A stretch of 64,000 bases of DNA from Octopus vulgaris (Eukaryota): positions 55,428,001 to 55,492,000 of the forward strand of contig OX597815.1 of the NCBI GenBank assembly GCA_951406725.2, given 5' to 3'. Below the pieces are notes generated by a model. It searched no databases and was not told the DNA's origin. It saw only the letters and a list, made by a program, of their open reading frames with translations. Positions within the stretch are counted from its first letter, which is position 1, and the number at the start of each line of letters is the position of its first letter. The position numbers and the translations under genes were made by a program. Shown piece by piece: positions 12,625 to 23,418 of the stretch.

Positions 12625-15390
12625 TCAGGTGTAGTTTCGGCGGATTTCGGAAAGCATGAGGGCCTTAAAAGATGCAGTGTCATGGCAGTCAACAACTGAC
12701 GCAGGCAGTTTATTCCATGCTTCAGCAACTCTGAGCGTGAAAAAATGTTTCCGAAAGTCATGGGAGCTGTATTGTTTTCTGACTTTGTAGGCATGTCCAC
12801 GTGTGTTAGACACATGGAGATCAAAAAGGTGTTCAGTGTTGTTGTTGGTGAGGTGGTTGATAACTTTGTGGGTGTTTACCAAGTCCGTCGCCAAACGCCG
12901 GAGCTTCAGTGAATCCATGCCCAGGGAAACAAGGCGCTCAGAATATGGTAGGTGTCTGATGGAGGGTATGCGTTTGGTTGCACGTCTCTGGACAGATTCC
13001 AGGAGGTCAATGTTCTGTGCAAGATAGGGGTTCCAAACTGATGATGCGAATTCCAAGTGTGGTCGTACCATAGCTGTATACAGTTTTAAATAGATGGCTG
13101 GAGAGCGGCTAACAAAAGACCTGCTGAGTGATGCCAAGACACCCTCAGCCTTCCTGACAATCTTAGAGATATGCTTTGACCAACGCAAATCACTGCTGAC
13201 AGTGATGCCTAGGTCACGCTCACAAGAGGATTTCTTGATATCAGTGTTGTGGAGGGAGTATGTGAACGCAGGGTTTTTTCTCCCAAAATGCATGGTGGTA
13301 CACTTGTCCACAGCCAGTTTCAGTTGCCAGTCTGTGATCCATTGCTGCATTGTGTCTAGGTCTGATTGCAGGAAAGAGTTGTAGACATCAGGATCTGTCC
13401 TCTTGATTTCAAGGTACAGCTTGATGTCGTCTGCATATTTCAATACTGTGGCATTCTTTAAATTGGCATCTATGTCGTTAATGTATGCCACAAACAAGAG
13501 GGGACCAAGGACAGATCCCTGTGGTACACCCGATGACATCTCATATGGTGTAGAGTGCTGTCCTAGAACTGTGACTACCTCCTTTCGGCTGAGGATGAAG
13601 GATTTCAACCAGTTAAAAAGGTCATCCCCCACACCCATTGCAGAGAGTTTCACCATAAGCCTTTTGTGTGGCACAGAGTTGAAAGCCTTAGCAAAGTCAA
13701 GGTAGACAACATCCACCCATGAGCCACTGTCAGTAATCTGAGTAATGTCCTCAAGGAACTCGACAAGCTGGTCACTGCAGCTGGAGTTAGGGACAAATCC
13801 ATATTGTGAGGGTCGGATGAGACTGTGAGAGCTCCAGAAGTTCCAGAGTGTTTCTCTGACACACGATTCCATCAGTTTTGCAATACAGCTAGTGAGACTG
13901 ACTGGGCGATAGTTGACAGGTGATGTGCGGTCGCCCTTTTTGAACAGAGGAATGACACTGGCAGTTTTCCACTGCTCCGGAGTAGCACCATTGTTGAGAC
14001 AGTACTGGAAGAAAATAGAAAGCTGGTGTAAAAGGAAGTGCCTGCCACGTTTGAGAAGCAGGTATGTAACTCCATCGAGACCAGGGGAGGCATAGTTGCG
14101 CTTATTTTGAAGGTGACGTCGCAGCATTGCAGGTGTAAATTCCATAGTTGTTATGGAGTTTGCTGTTAGTGATGGTGAAGATGGTACATTTTGACTTTCA
14201 ACAGTGAATATGTTTGCATAGCACTCGGCAATGAGTTCTGCGCATTCCTTGGAGTCGTCAGTGATCTGGTTTGTGTGAGGGTTGCGAAGAGGGCCCACTG
14301 GAGAGTGAGGTCTCTGCTTTGAGTGCACATATTTCCAGAAAACCTTGCTGTCAGGATTGGCTGCTATGCACTGTTCAAATACAAGCACTGCCTTTTTTGT
14401 CACCTGCTTGAGATGGTTGGAGGATTTATTCCGCTTCTTCCTGTTGGTGTCTGATTTATGCAACCTGTATTCCCGTTCAGCAGTCCGACGTTCCCTCCTG
14501 GCAAGTCGGACCGCTGAAGTTTCCCAAATTGCCCTTTTGGGGCGGTTCTTCTTTTTTTGTTTACGTGGCACTGATGCTGCACATGCTGCCCATATTGAGT
14601 CCAGGATACTCTGGAGTATAGTATTCACATCTCCAGAGTTGTAGAATTCACGCCAGTTTGGGTGCTGTAGTTCAGTGTGGTACAGGTTCCAATCTGCTCT
14701 CTTCCAATCGAAGGAAGCAGATTGGAGATGGTTCAGGTTTTTGTTGCCCGCAAGAGCCAGATTGGCGATGATCATAGCATGATCAGAGTCACCTAGAGGT
14801 TCCTCCGTAGTGCAATTGATAACTGCTTCAGGAGTTGTGGTGAAGAGCAGGTCCAAGGTGTTGTCGCCTCTTGTTGGAGAGGTGACTACTTGTGACCAGT
14901 TTGAGTCCAGCACAAGCTCAACAAAATCGTTTGCACTCTGTGGCCAATGGAAGGTCTCCCAATCGATCTCAGGATGATTGAAATCGCCTGCAATAAACAC
15001 ATAAGTGGCTGTTTTCCTGGCAGCAGCTCGGAGGACATTGCAAAGCTGTGTGTCCCGATGGTAACTTGGGGGACGATAAACAACGCCAAGCAGGAGTGTT
15101 GACATGGTCATACGCACGTCACAGAAAAAAACTTCTTCTTGTGATTCGTTCAAATCGGCACAAGGAATTACCAAAAAATTTGAACGAACGTAGACCATCA
15201 CACCACCACCACGGCGGTTAGTGCGGTCCTTACGGAAGAGGTTGTACCCCGTAATGTTGAAAACCCCATCACAGAGTAAGGAATGCGCCCATGTTTCCGT
15301 GACAGTGATGAAGTCAGGGTCAACACTTCTGACGTAGGCGTTGAACAAATGTATTTTGTTGCATAAACTGCGAGCATTTAAGGACAACAA
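12625..15390 (-). CDS. LINE ORF2: apurinic-type endonuclease plus reverse transcriptase (intact, no ATG start)
   Basis: 921 aa; LNARSL, TETW, GDFN, SDH endonuclease motifs; NYRPVSLTS, YLDFAKAF, GVPQGSVLGP, YADD RT motifs; frame stays open upstream to 15474. Confidence 0.95.
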   Translation of the reverse strand: MLSLNARSLCNKIHLFNAYVRSVDPDFITVTETWAHSLLCDGVFNITGYNLFRKDRTNRRGGGVMVYVRSNFLVIPCADLNESQEEVFFCDVRMTMSTLLLGVVYRPPSYHRDTQLCNVLRAAARKTATYVFIAGDFNHPEIDWETFHWPQSANDFVELVLDSNWSQVVTSPTRGDNTLDLLFTTTPEAVINCTTEEPLGDSDHAMIIANLALAGNKNLNHLQSASFDWKRADWNLYHTELQHPNWREFYNSGDVNTILQSILDSIWAACAASVPRKQKKKNRPKRAIWETSAVRLARRERRTAEREYRLHKSDTNRKKRNKSSNHLKQVTKKAVLVFEQCIAANPDSKVFWKYVHSKQRPHSPVGPLRNPHTNQITDDSKECAELIAECYANIFTVESQNVPSSPSLTANSITTMEFTPAMLRRHLQNKRNYASPGLDGVTYLLLKRGRHFLLHQLSIFFQYCLNNGATPEQWKTASVIPLFKKGDRTSPVNYRPVSLTSCIAKLMESCVRETLWNFWSSHSLIRPSQYGFVPNSSCSDQLVEFLEDITQITDSGSWVDVVYLDFAKAFNSVPHKRLMVKLSAMGVGDDLFNWLKSFILSRKEVVTVLGQHSTPYEMSSGVPQGSVLGPLLFVAYINDIDANLKNATVLKYADDIKLYLEIKRTDPDVYNSFLQSDLDTMQQWITDWQLKLAVDKCTTMHFGRKNPAFTYSLHNTDIKKSSCERDLGITVSSDLRWSKHISKIVRKAEGVLASLSRSFVSRSPAIYLKLYTAMVRPHLEFASSVWNPYLAQNIDLLESVQRRATKRIPSIRHLPYSERLVSLGMDSLKLRRLATDLVNTHKVINHLTNNNTEHLFDLHVSNTRGHAYKVRKQYSSHDFRKHFFTLRVAEAWNKLPASVVDCHDTASFKALMLSEIRRNYT

Positions 15391-15446
15391 TTTGTACCCT
15401 GCTCGCAGTTTATGATGGTGTGTAGAGGATGGCAGGTTGTCCTGGC

Positions 15447-15869
15447 TTAGTTTCCCTGAGTTGCTGTAGTCTTTTTAGTTATTGTGGGTAGAGAGCACTC
15501 AGACCAGCTGGTATCTCTCTTCCACGTTTCAGCAGTCTTGACAAATCTCCAGATTTGTCCATCTTCCCGAAGACTGAAGCTTTCCTGTAGAGCTGAGTTC
15601 CTATTCAGGGAAGCCACTACACGTAGCTTCGGACGTACATCGGACGGTAAGCCTGGGCGTGTTCGGAAGGTGGTCCGATTTTCCCGCCCAGCTTTAACTG
15701 AGGCCAGATGGTAAGAGGTTGCCTCAGTGGGGTCCGTAAAAGACAACTTGATGAGCCTAGGCTTTGGGCCAGGTCGTCCAAGGCGGATAGCACCCGTTGG
15801 GGGAACGCAGCCTAGGTCTTTGGCTGAGTTGGCAGCAAAAGCCTGAAGATCAGCCATGTCTTCTGGCAC
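15447..15869 (-). CDS. LINE ORF1 C-terminal part (RRM-like nucleic-acid-binding protein)
   Basis: IAIGVPE...RLGRPGPKPRLIKLSF pattern typical of LINE ORF1; directly upstream of ORF2. Confidence 0.7.
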   Translation of the reverse strand: MPEDMADLQAFAANSAKDLGCVPPTGAIRLGRPGPKPRLIKLSFTDPTEATSYHLASVKAGRENRTTFRTRPGLPSDVRPKLRVVASLNRNSALQESFSLREDGQIWRFVKTAETWKRDTSWSECSLPTITKKTTATQGN

Positions 15870-16560
15870 CCCAATGGCAATGACTTCATGGGTGGCAGAA
15901 TCCGCGGTCTTAAATGCTTCGTATAGTTCAGTAAATGCATTCTAACTAAATATACTAACATTTTTAACAAAACCAACAGTAATGTTGTTTTAACGGTAAT
16001 ACTAAACAACGTAACAAAATTCATGAAGCAAGGTACCAAGTATAAATGTTCACACTTGCACATATATATATATACACATATGCACAAACAAGATATTTGC
16101 GTACGAATATATTATACAAACAAAATCCAATTAATACTTAACGCATCCGCTAACACGAATAGGCTAAATTCAAGCATCCAAAGCATTCAGTCCAAATTAC
16201 AAGTCCAGGTAGGGTCCATTCCACAAAATATAAGTCTCCGTTATATGCATATTAGATTTCACAGTGTTTACATTCCTGTTGTATGGATATTAAGGTATAT
16301 ATCCGCAGAATCAAATAAATTTAGTTTTAAAAAAATAGTAGTAACTAAACTCCATGTCCGAGTTAAATTTAGTCCAAGGTTTGCGTTAAAGTATGGATAT
16401 TAAATATATAACGATATTTAAAATTATACTGGGGATAGGGAGCAGTCATTTAAGATATTGGCTATTTAACCTATGCATATTAACAGATTTCGAAAATTCG
16501 CTTTTCTCGCGAACGTACCGTTATGTATGTTTAGCCCCAAGCTAAACACACATACATAAC

Positions 16561-16730
16561 TAAGGCGGAGTTAAAGAATACACACACCACCCATTTTGGG
16601 CGTAACCCTAACCCTAAAATTAATCCGAAACTCTAAACCATAACCCTAACCCTAACCATAAACACCGGGTGTGCGTATTTGGTCAAACTGGAGTATTTAG
16701 TTTGACCGCGTATTCTTTACCTTCGCTCAT
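16561..16730. mobile_element. Small MITE-like element with internal telomere-like (TAACCC)n
   Basis: Inverted ends GCGGAGTTAAAGAATAC / GTATTCTTTACCTTCGC; degenerate TAACCC units at ~16603-16660. Confidence 0.5.
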
Positions 16731-16789
16731 AACCAGATACACTTGCATATAATATAGTAGATATACGTGTGTGTGTGTGTTATATATTT

Positions 16790-17004
16790 ATTTGATTCAG
16801 TCCCCAGACTGCGGCCATGCTGGTGCACAGCCTTGAAGTTTTTAGTCGAACGAATCAACCCCAGTACTTATCTTTTCAGTTTGGTATCTGTTCAAGCGGT
16901 TATTGCCAAACCGTTAAGTTACGGAGTCGTAAACAAACAACACCAGTTGTCAAGCAGTTGTGGTGAACAAACTCAGACAAAAATACACACAGAGACATAC
17001 GCGT

Positions 17005-17063
<59 letters not shown>

Positions 17064-17228
17064 CAAACATATATATATATACGGCAGGCTTCTCTCACTT
17101 TTCGGCCAAATCCATTCACAAGGTTTTGATTACTGTGGTGCTACAGTAGACGACACTTACATAAGGTGTCGCGCGGTGGAACTGAAACTACAACCATGTG
17201 GTAGGAAAGCAAACTTCTTACCATACAG
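16790..17228 (-). mobile_element. tRNA-derived SINE interrupted by a (TA)n tract
   Basis: Minus-strand tRNA-like head near 17228; tail ...GCACCAGCATGGCCGCAGTC...GACTGAA; related fragment at 60570-60740. Confidence 0.6.
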
Positions 17229-17756
17229 CTATATATATCTACACACATGCACATGCTCCCACGTGTATGTACACACATACACTCATACAAATGTATATTG
17301 TCATTCTTTTGTGCTTAATTGGCGTAATTTCTGGTTGTAACGAAAGTATACCCGCGTATTTGTGTGTGCGTGTGTGTGAAATAGATAAAATAGATATAAT
17401 TTACAATAAAAATTCATTGTCGTTTTTGACTAAAATACCATCAACTTCATAGCAAAACATCTCATTATAGTTCACCTGCATTTTGCACCTCACTCCCACT
17501 CCATTTGTTGTTTTAGTTTCCTTCGTTTCGAATGCAAAGAGACGTTGTTATAGCAAGAGACTGGAAGCGTTATGAGACAAAAGCATTATAAAAAGTATCT
17601 TATGAATAACAATAATGTTTTTATTGAAATTTAAGTACAAAAAACAAGAAATAAGAAAGGAAAGGAAAAAAGAAAGAAAAGAAAAAAACGGGAGTTAAAC
17701 AGCAGAAGATAGAGAGAGAAGGTGGGATGGGCTACATACCCCAGAACGAATGGTGT

Positions 17757-20700
17757 TGTTATGTGTAGTTTCGTTCTCGGTGGGTGATAGACAATTCAAT
17801 GAAGCCATTGTTATTGTTTACGTGTTTATTTACTTTATTTGTTACACGAACTGTCAACATTCAGCGTAGTAATACATATATATTTTAGACACAGTTCGTA
17901 CTGTTTACTAACAAAATAGTGCCAAAAGGGGGGATATATTCTACACACGCATACCTACATATACACATAGATATGAATGTGTAACATCCCTTCTTCTTGA
18001 AAAAAAATAAAGGGGTCTTTTGGCAGTGAAGACAAATATAAGTAGTCTCCCTTACTCCAATGGATTATCAGCGCAAGGTGGCAATCCTGCAGCAGAAACC
18101 GTGAGATTATTCTGTCTACTCACGTGGTTTTCTGCTTTGTAATCTAGCAGAATTAGTTATTTATCGTTCATTTTCTTCTTTTTTTCTTTAACGGTATCGA
18201 ACCGGTGGCAGAATGTTCGATCTCCATCTGGTAGATCTTGTGCTTCGCACCGGTGTCTGAGGTGTGTTGTTGGGCTGATGATATGTGGTTGGTGCCCGTT
18301 GGGGTGATGATTCTGTGGGTGTTGTCACTGATGCAGCAGGTGTTGTATACGTTTTCCTCGACAGCTTTGGTGTTGGGCGGATGTGGGCCCTGTTGTGTCT
18401 CAGCTGCCCACCAGATTCCGTTTCTATTATATATGATCTTGGAGTTTCAGCTCTACTGACAACTTGTGCTGGGATCCATGTTTTAGTTATGGGATCTTGA
18501 GTATGCACATGTTGTCCTCCAAGTATCTCAGGTAAGTATTGTGCATGTTTGTTGTAATATTTCTGTGATTGTTCTTGAGTGGCTGCTAGCTTTGTTCTTG
18601 TCTCTTCCTGGTCAGTAGGAGGTTGGATCTTAGCTGGCAGGGTAGTTTTGTACTTCCTGCCATTCAGCATTTCTGCTGGGGATTTCACGTCAGCTCTCAG
18701 TGGTGTCACTCGTAAGGACAGAAGTGCCAGGTGTGGGTCTTCCTTAGTCTCTCGGCATTTGATTAGTGTTCTCTTCACTGTCTGCACCTGTCTTTCTATA
18801 AACCCATGACCTTTGGGGTAGTGTGGGGGTGAGGTTGTGATATTGAACCCATACTCATCGACTAGCTTTTTGAATTCTTGCGATGTAAACTGGGCTCCAT
18901 TGTCACATATGATCTACTCTGGTATTCCTTGCTCTGCTAGAAGTCCTCGAGCCACTGTAGTGATTGTTTTGGCTGTCAGGTCTTTCACTTTTCTCACAAA
19001 TGGAAATTTGGAGCAGTAGCAGGCCATTCTTGGCTCTCTGTGAACAGATGTAGATCCAATAGTTTGCCATCGCCTTCTTGGGATGTCACTAGATATCATT
19101 TCCTCCTTTTGTTGTGAGTTTCTGTACTTTTGACAGATGTGGCATGTAGAAACTGTCTTTCCTATGTCTTTGTACATGCCTGCCCAATATACTGCTGACT
19201 TGGCTCGGAGCTTGCATTTCTCCATTCCTAGATGCCCTTGGTGGATCTTGTAAAGAATCTCTTTTTGCATTGACTTGGGTATAATTATTCGGGATCCATC
19301 CATCAGGATTCCATTCTCCACTGATATATCATCATGGATGGCCCAATATTCACGAATGAGGGACTGCACCTAATGTCTCTTTTCTGGCCACCCCTGAATC
19401 ACCATCTGAGTAAGGAGCTGGAGTTCTTCATCTTTGCTGGTCTCCTCTTTGATTTCTGATAGCTTTGAGGTTGTTACATTTACAATGTGGTGGACCTTTA
19501 TGCTTAGTCATTCCATCTCCTGTTTATCATGTGAGGATAGTCTGGAAAGAGCATCCGCCAATATCATGTCTTTTCCTGGCTTGTACCTGATATCGTAGTT
19601 GTATGTTTGAAGCCTTAACAGTAATATTTGCAGTCTGGCTGGTGCTTACGTGAGTTTTTTTCTATGTATTTGTTCTAGCGGGTGATGATCTGTTTCTATA
19701 TTGAAATGTCTGCCATACAGGTATGTATGGAACTTTTCGCATCCATATACTACTGCCAGGAGTTCCCTTTCAATATTCGCGTACCTTGTCTCTGTGGGTG
19801 AGAGAGCTTTCGAGGCATATGCAATGGGTTTACCTTCCTGTATCAGTGCTGCGCCAACTCCTCTCATAGAAGCATCGACTTGGAGTATTATTGGTTTGCG
19901 TCTGTCATAGTATTGCAGAGTTCTCTCCTTACCGATGAGCTTTTTGTCTTGAAATCCTGTGTGTGTGTGAAGCACACCAATCAAACTCTACATCATCTTT
20001 GTTTAGTTCTCGGAGATTTGCAGTGTGATCGGCCAGCTTGGGTATGAAGGCTCCCATGTAGTTGATGAGTCCCAGGAAGCTCCTGAGTTCCTTCTTGTCT
20101 TTCGGTTCTTTGATATCTCTGAGGGCTTCCACTTTAGCGGGGTCTGGTTTAACTCCCTCTACAGAGTATATAATTCCAAAGAATTTGCACTCCTTTTCTT
20201 TTATCACATACTCGTCTGCATTGAGTTTGATGCCTGCTTGTCGGGTTTTCTCCATAGCTTCATGTAAATTGAAGTCATGTGTGGTCTCATCCTTGTCATG
20301 CACTTGAATGTCATCTGCTATCCCAATTTCTCCCTTGCAGCCTTGGTAGGTCTCATCTATTTGGCGCTGGAAAACATCTTGGCTCACCTTCAAACCAAAT
20401 GGGAGTCGGTGAATCGATATCTGCCAAATGGTGTGTTGAAGGTAGTGGGCATGGATGACTCTTTCTCTATCTTTACATTCCAGTACCCATTACTGGCATC
20501 CAGTTTGCTGAATAATTTGGATCCAGCCAATGATGGTGTGATTTCTTCAAGGGTTGAATTTAGATGGTACTCTCTTTTTAATGCCTGGGTCGGGGCATAT
20601 CCGTAGGGCACCATTGAATTTTTCTTTGATTACAATTGAATTCACCCAGTCTGTTGGTCGTGTCACTTTGGTGATTATTTCTTTTTTTTCCATTCTGTCC

Positions 20701-22526
20701 AACTCTGCCTTCAGCTTCTCTTTTATTTCTAGAGGGACGCGGCGAGGTGGGTGAACAATTGGTTTGATATTGGGGTCGACTGTTATATGGTATCCACATT
20801 TCACAAAGCACCCGACTGTATCGTCAAAGCATTCAGTTCCTCTTTGTTTGTGATTTGTGGTCGATCTTTGATAGGCATATCTCTGTCAATCCTGCTCGGA
20901 ACTGCCTTCACTTCACCATTGATTGACACAATATTTAGCTTTTTGCAGGTATTAAGTTCAAGAATTGCTGGCCCTTCTGTTCTTGTGACATAAAAAGAAC
21001 ACTTGATTATTTTCCTTTGTGTGTCCCTGTGATTGTTGTTTTGCCCAGTTGTGGAATCCTGGTACCTCCGTACGCACTGAGGATTACATCACTTGGTGTG
21101 AGGATTCCTTCTTTGACTTTATCCTCTTTTGTTATGTGTTCTGGGAACATCTTTTTGTAGAGGTTGACAGGCAAGATATCACTCTGGGCTCCAGTGTCAA
21201 TCTTTAGCCTTAAGTCAATGTTTATTCGTTTCTTGCCAGACTTCTTTTGTATTCGTATCGTCGTGTATGCCTCATTTTTTTTCTGGTCGTCATTTCCCAT
21301 CTCATGCACATTTATTGCACCGACTGCCAAGAATTCCTCCTCTGAGGTGTTTTGTTCTTGTTGTTGGGCATGTATATCTCTTTGTTTTCTATTTCAGCTC
21401 CTCTTTGAAAATTGGGGCTTGTTTTTCTGGGATTTTGTTACCCTACACATTTCCCCCCAGTGGTTGGGTTTTCCACATGCTTTGCAGTGTGTACCGAATG
21501 CAGGACATTTCTTCCGGTTATTGAACTCATGCTCCATACCACAGTACTGGCATGTTCTTTGTTTGTGGGTATGTGTCCTGTGCCTAGATACAGTATCTAC
21601 ACTGCTATCAAGTGAGCTTGTTTGTAAGCTAAGTGAGGCCATTTGTTTGGTAGTGGCTTCGAATGCTCTTGCAGTGTCTACTTCTTCTATCATCTGGAGG
21701 GCGGCCTTACCTATGAGGGATTCCTGGACTTCTTTATGAGCACACCCCCATATTAGTTGATCAACAATTCTTTCGTCCTTATCTTTGAATTTGCATTTTT
21801 CGGCAACATTCTTTAGTCTGGACAGGAAATTGTCAATCGTTTCTTGTGGGTCTTGTTTCAGGACCTGGAATTCGTATCTGTGAATTCTATGGTTCGATCT
21901 GGGCTCTAGGTGCTTTTCAAATTTCTCTAAAAGTGTATTTGGGTTATTGCAACCCGATTCTGACATATCCCAGCTATTGAATAGGTCTAGGCCCTTTTCT
22001 CCCGTCCATAAAAGGATGTAGCTTACCTTTTCATCGTCAGTTATGCCTTTTCAGGAAACTTTTGAAAGCTAGTTGAGTTTTTTGTTTGAATTTCTTGAAT
22101 GCTTCCACGATATCATCGGAGTCCCAGTTCATGATCGGATGTAGATTCATCTGTACGGCGACGGGGATCGCCATTTTGGATCCTCGTGTATGTGTGTCCG
22201 AAGACGAAGCGATGTTTAGTTTGTTAATTTTCTGGTTCGTTGTGTTTTTGTTTTGTAAAGGCACAGTTTCCGATTAATTATTTACCGCTGCCACCATGTT
22301 ATGTGCAGTTTCGTTCTTGATGGGTGATAGACAACTCAATGAAGCCATTGTTATTGTTTACGTGTTTATTTACTTTATTTGTTACACGAACTGTCAACAT
22401 TCAGCGTAGTAATACATATATATTTTAGACACAGTTCGTACTGTTTACTAACAAAATAGTACCAAAAGTGGGGATGTATTCTACACACGTATACCTACGT
22501 ATACACATAGATATGAATGTGTAACA
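17757..22526 (-). mobile_element. Full-length Ty3/Gypsy LTR retrotransposon, copy 2 (decayed)
   Basis: 230-bp LTRs at 17757-17986 and 22297-22526 (about 9 differences counted); TSD GGTGT (17752-17756, 22527-22531); PBS TGGTGGCAGCGGT; many frameshifts in gag-pol. Confidence 0.96.
18188..22174 (-). pseudogene. Disrupted gag-pol of Gypsy copy 2
   Basis: ORF pieces colinear with copy 1 (gag 21394-21966, PR 21007-21330, RT/RH 19646-20804, IN 18188-19369). Confidence 0.9.
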
Positions 22527-22531
22527 GGTGT

Positions 22532-22800
22532 GCTCAGCCGCACCTTGCGGTAATGACCGCGATGGTATTGCCATGGAGAATAGCCAACGACACTCGTAGC
22601 AGCAGGCACTCCTCTTCGCAGGGTTCATTTCTCCAGCGAATCGCCGTTATTTCTACTTTGCGGGGGAAATCGGTATGCAAGGTCCTAGAACACCTTATGC
22701 CTCGAAGACAGCCGGGACAAACTGATAGCGCGCTATCAGACCCCCTGTATTTACTGATTTTTTTTATCCTTTGCGTCGTGGGCAGCGATACAACAAAGTT
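22532..22800 (-). mobile_element. Possible CRE/REL-type LINE 3' fragment, insertion target of Gypsy copy 2
   Basis: Minus strand ...LLLRVSLAILHGNTIAV... resembles a REL endonuclease C-terminal motif; CpG-rich patch; weak. Confidence 0.3.
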
Positions 22801-22916
22801 GGAGCCGGAGAACGTCTCATATAAATTGGAAGAAATTCAACAGTTTCAAACGCCAAAGTGTTACTCCAACAAAAATGTATCCATAAACACAAAACGTATT
22901 ATATATATTAATAACA

Positions 22917-23046
<130 letters not shown>

Positions 23047-23418
23047 AAGCGAGCAACAAGCTTTTAAACATATTCAGAGAAGCACTGAATATGTTACATT
23101 TTTTAACAAAACACGTTGATGGTGGAGTTTGATCACGACTAAAATGAAACAAAAAGAAAACCATACTACATCTGTTCCCTTTTTATGAAAAAGAATATTA
23201 CAAGGAAGGAAAAGGAACGTTTCTAGTTATGTCATGAAAAGCATTAGCAAAAGAAAAACGATAATTTTCTGAGTTTAACTATCTTTTTTAAGGATCGTGA
23301 CTGGATGATAAAATGAATACAAAAATTAAGTGAACGAAAACTTTTTATGGTACTTTCTAATTTGAGAATAATTTTGAAATAAAGATAATCAAAAATGGAA
23401 GTTATTGATTACAAATAT

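Larger units (their letters stand above)
12538..15905 (-). mobile_element. CR1/L2-group LINE, 5'-truncated within ORF1, with (ATT)n tail
   Basis: ORF1 remnant, intact APE-RT ORF2, short 3' UTR and trinucleotide tail at 12538-12575. Confidence 0.92.

Noticed and set aside
1303-22526. Segmental duplication producing Gypsy copies 1 and 2
   Set aside because: Different TSDs and flanks; homology stops exactly at the LTR ends.
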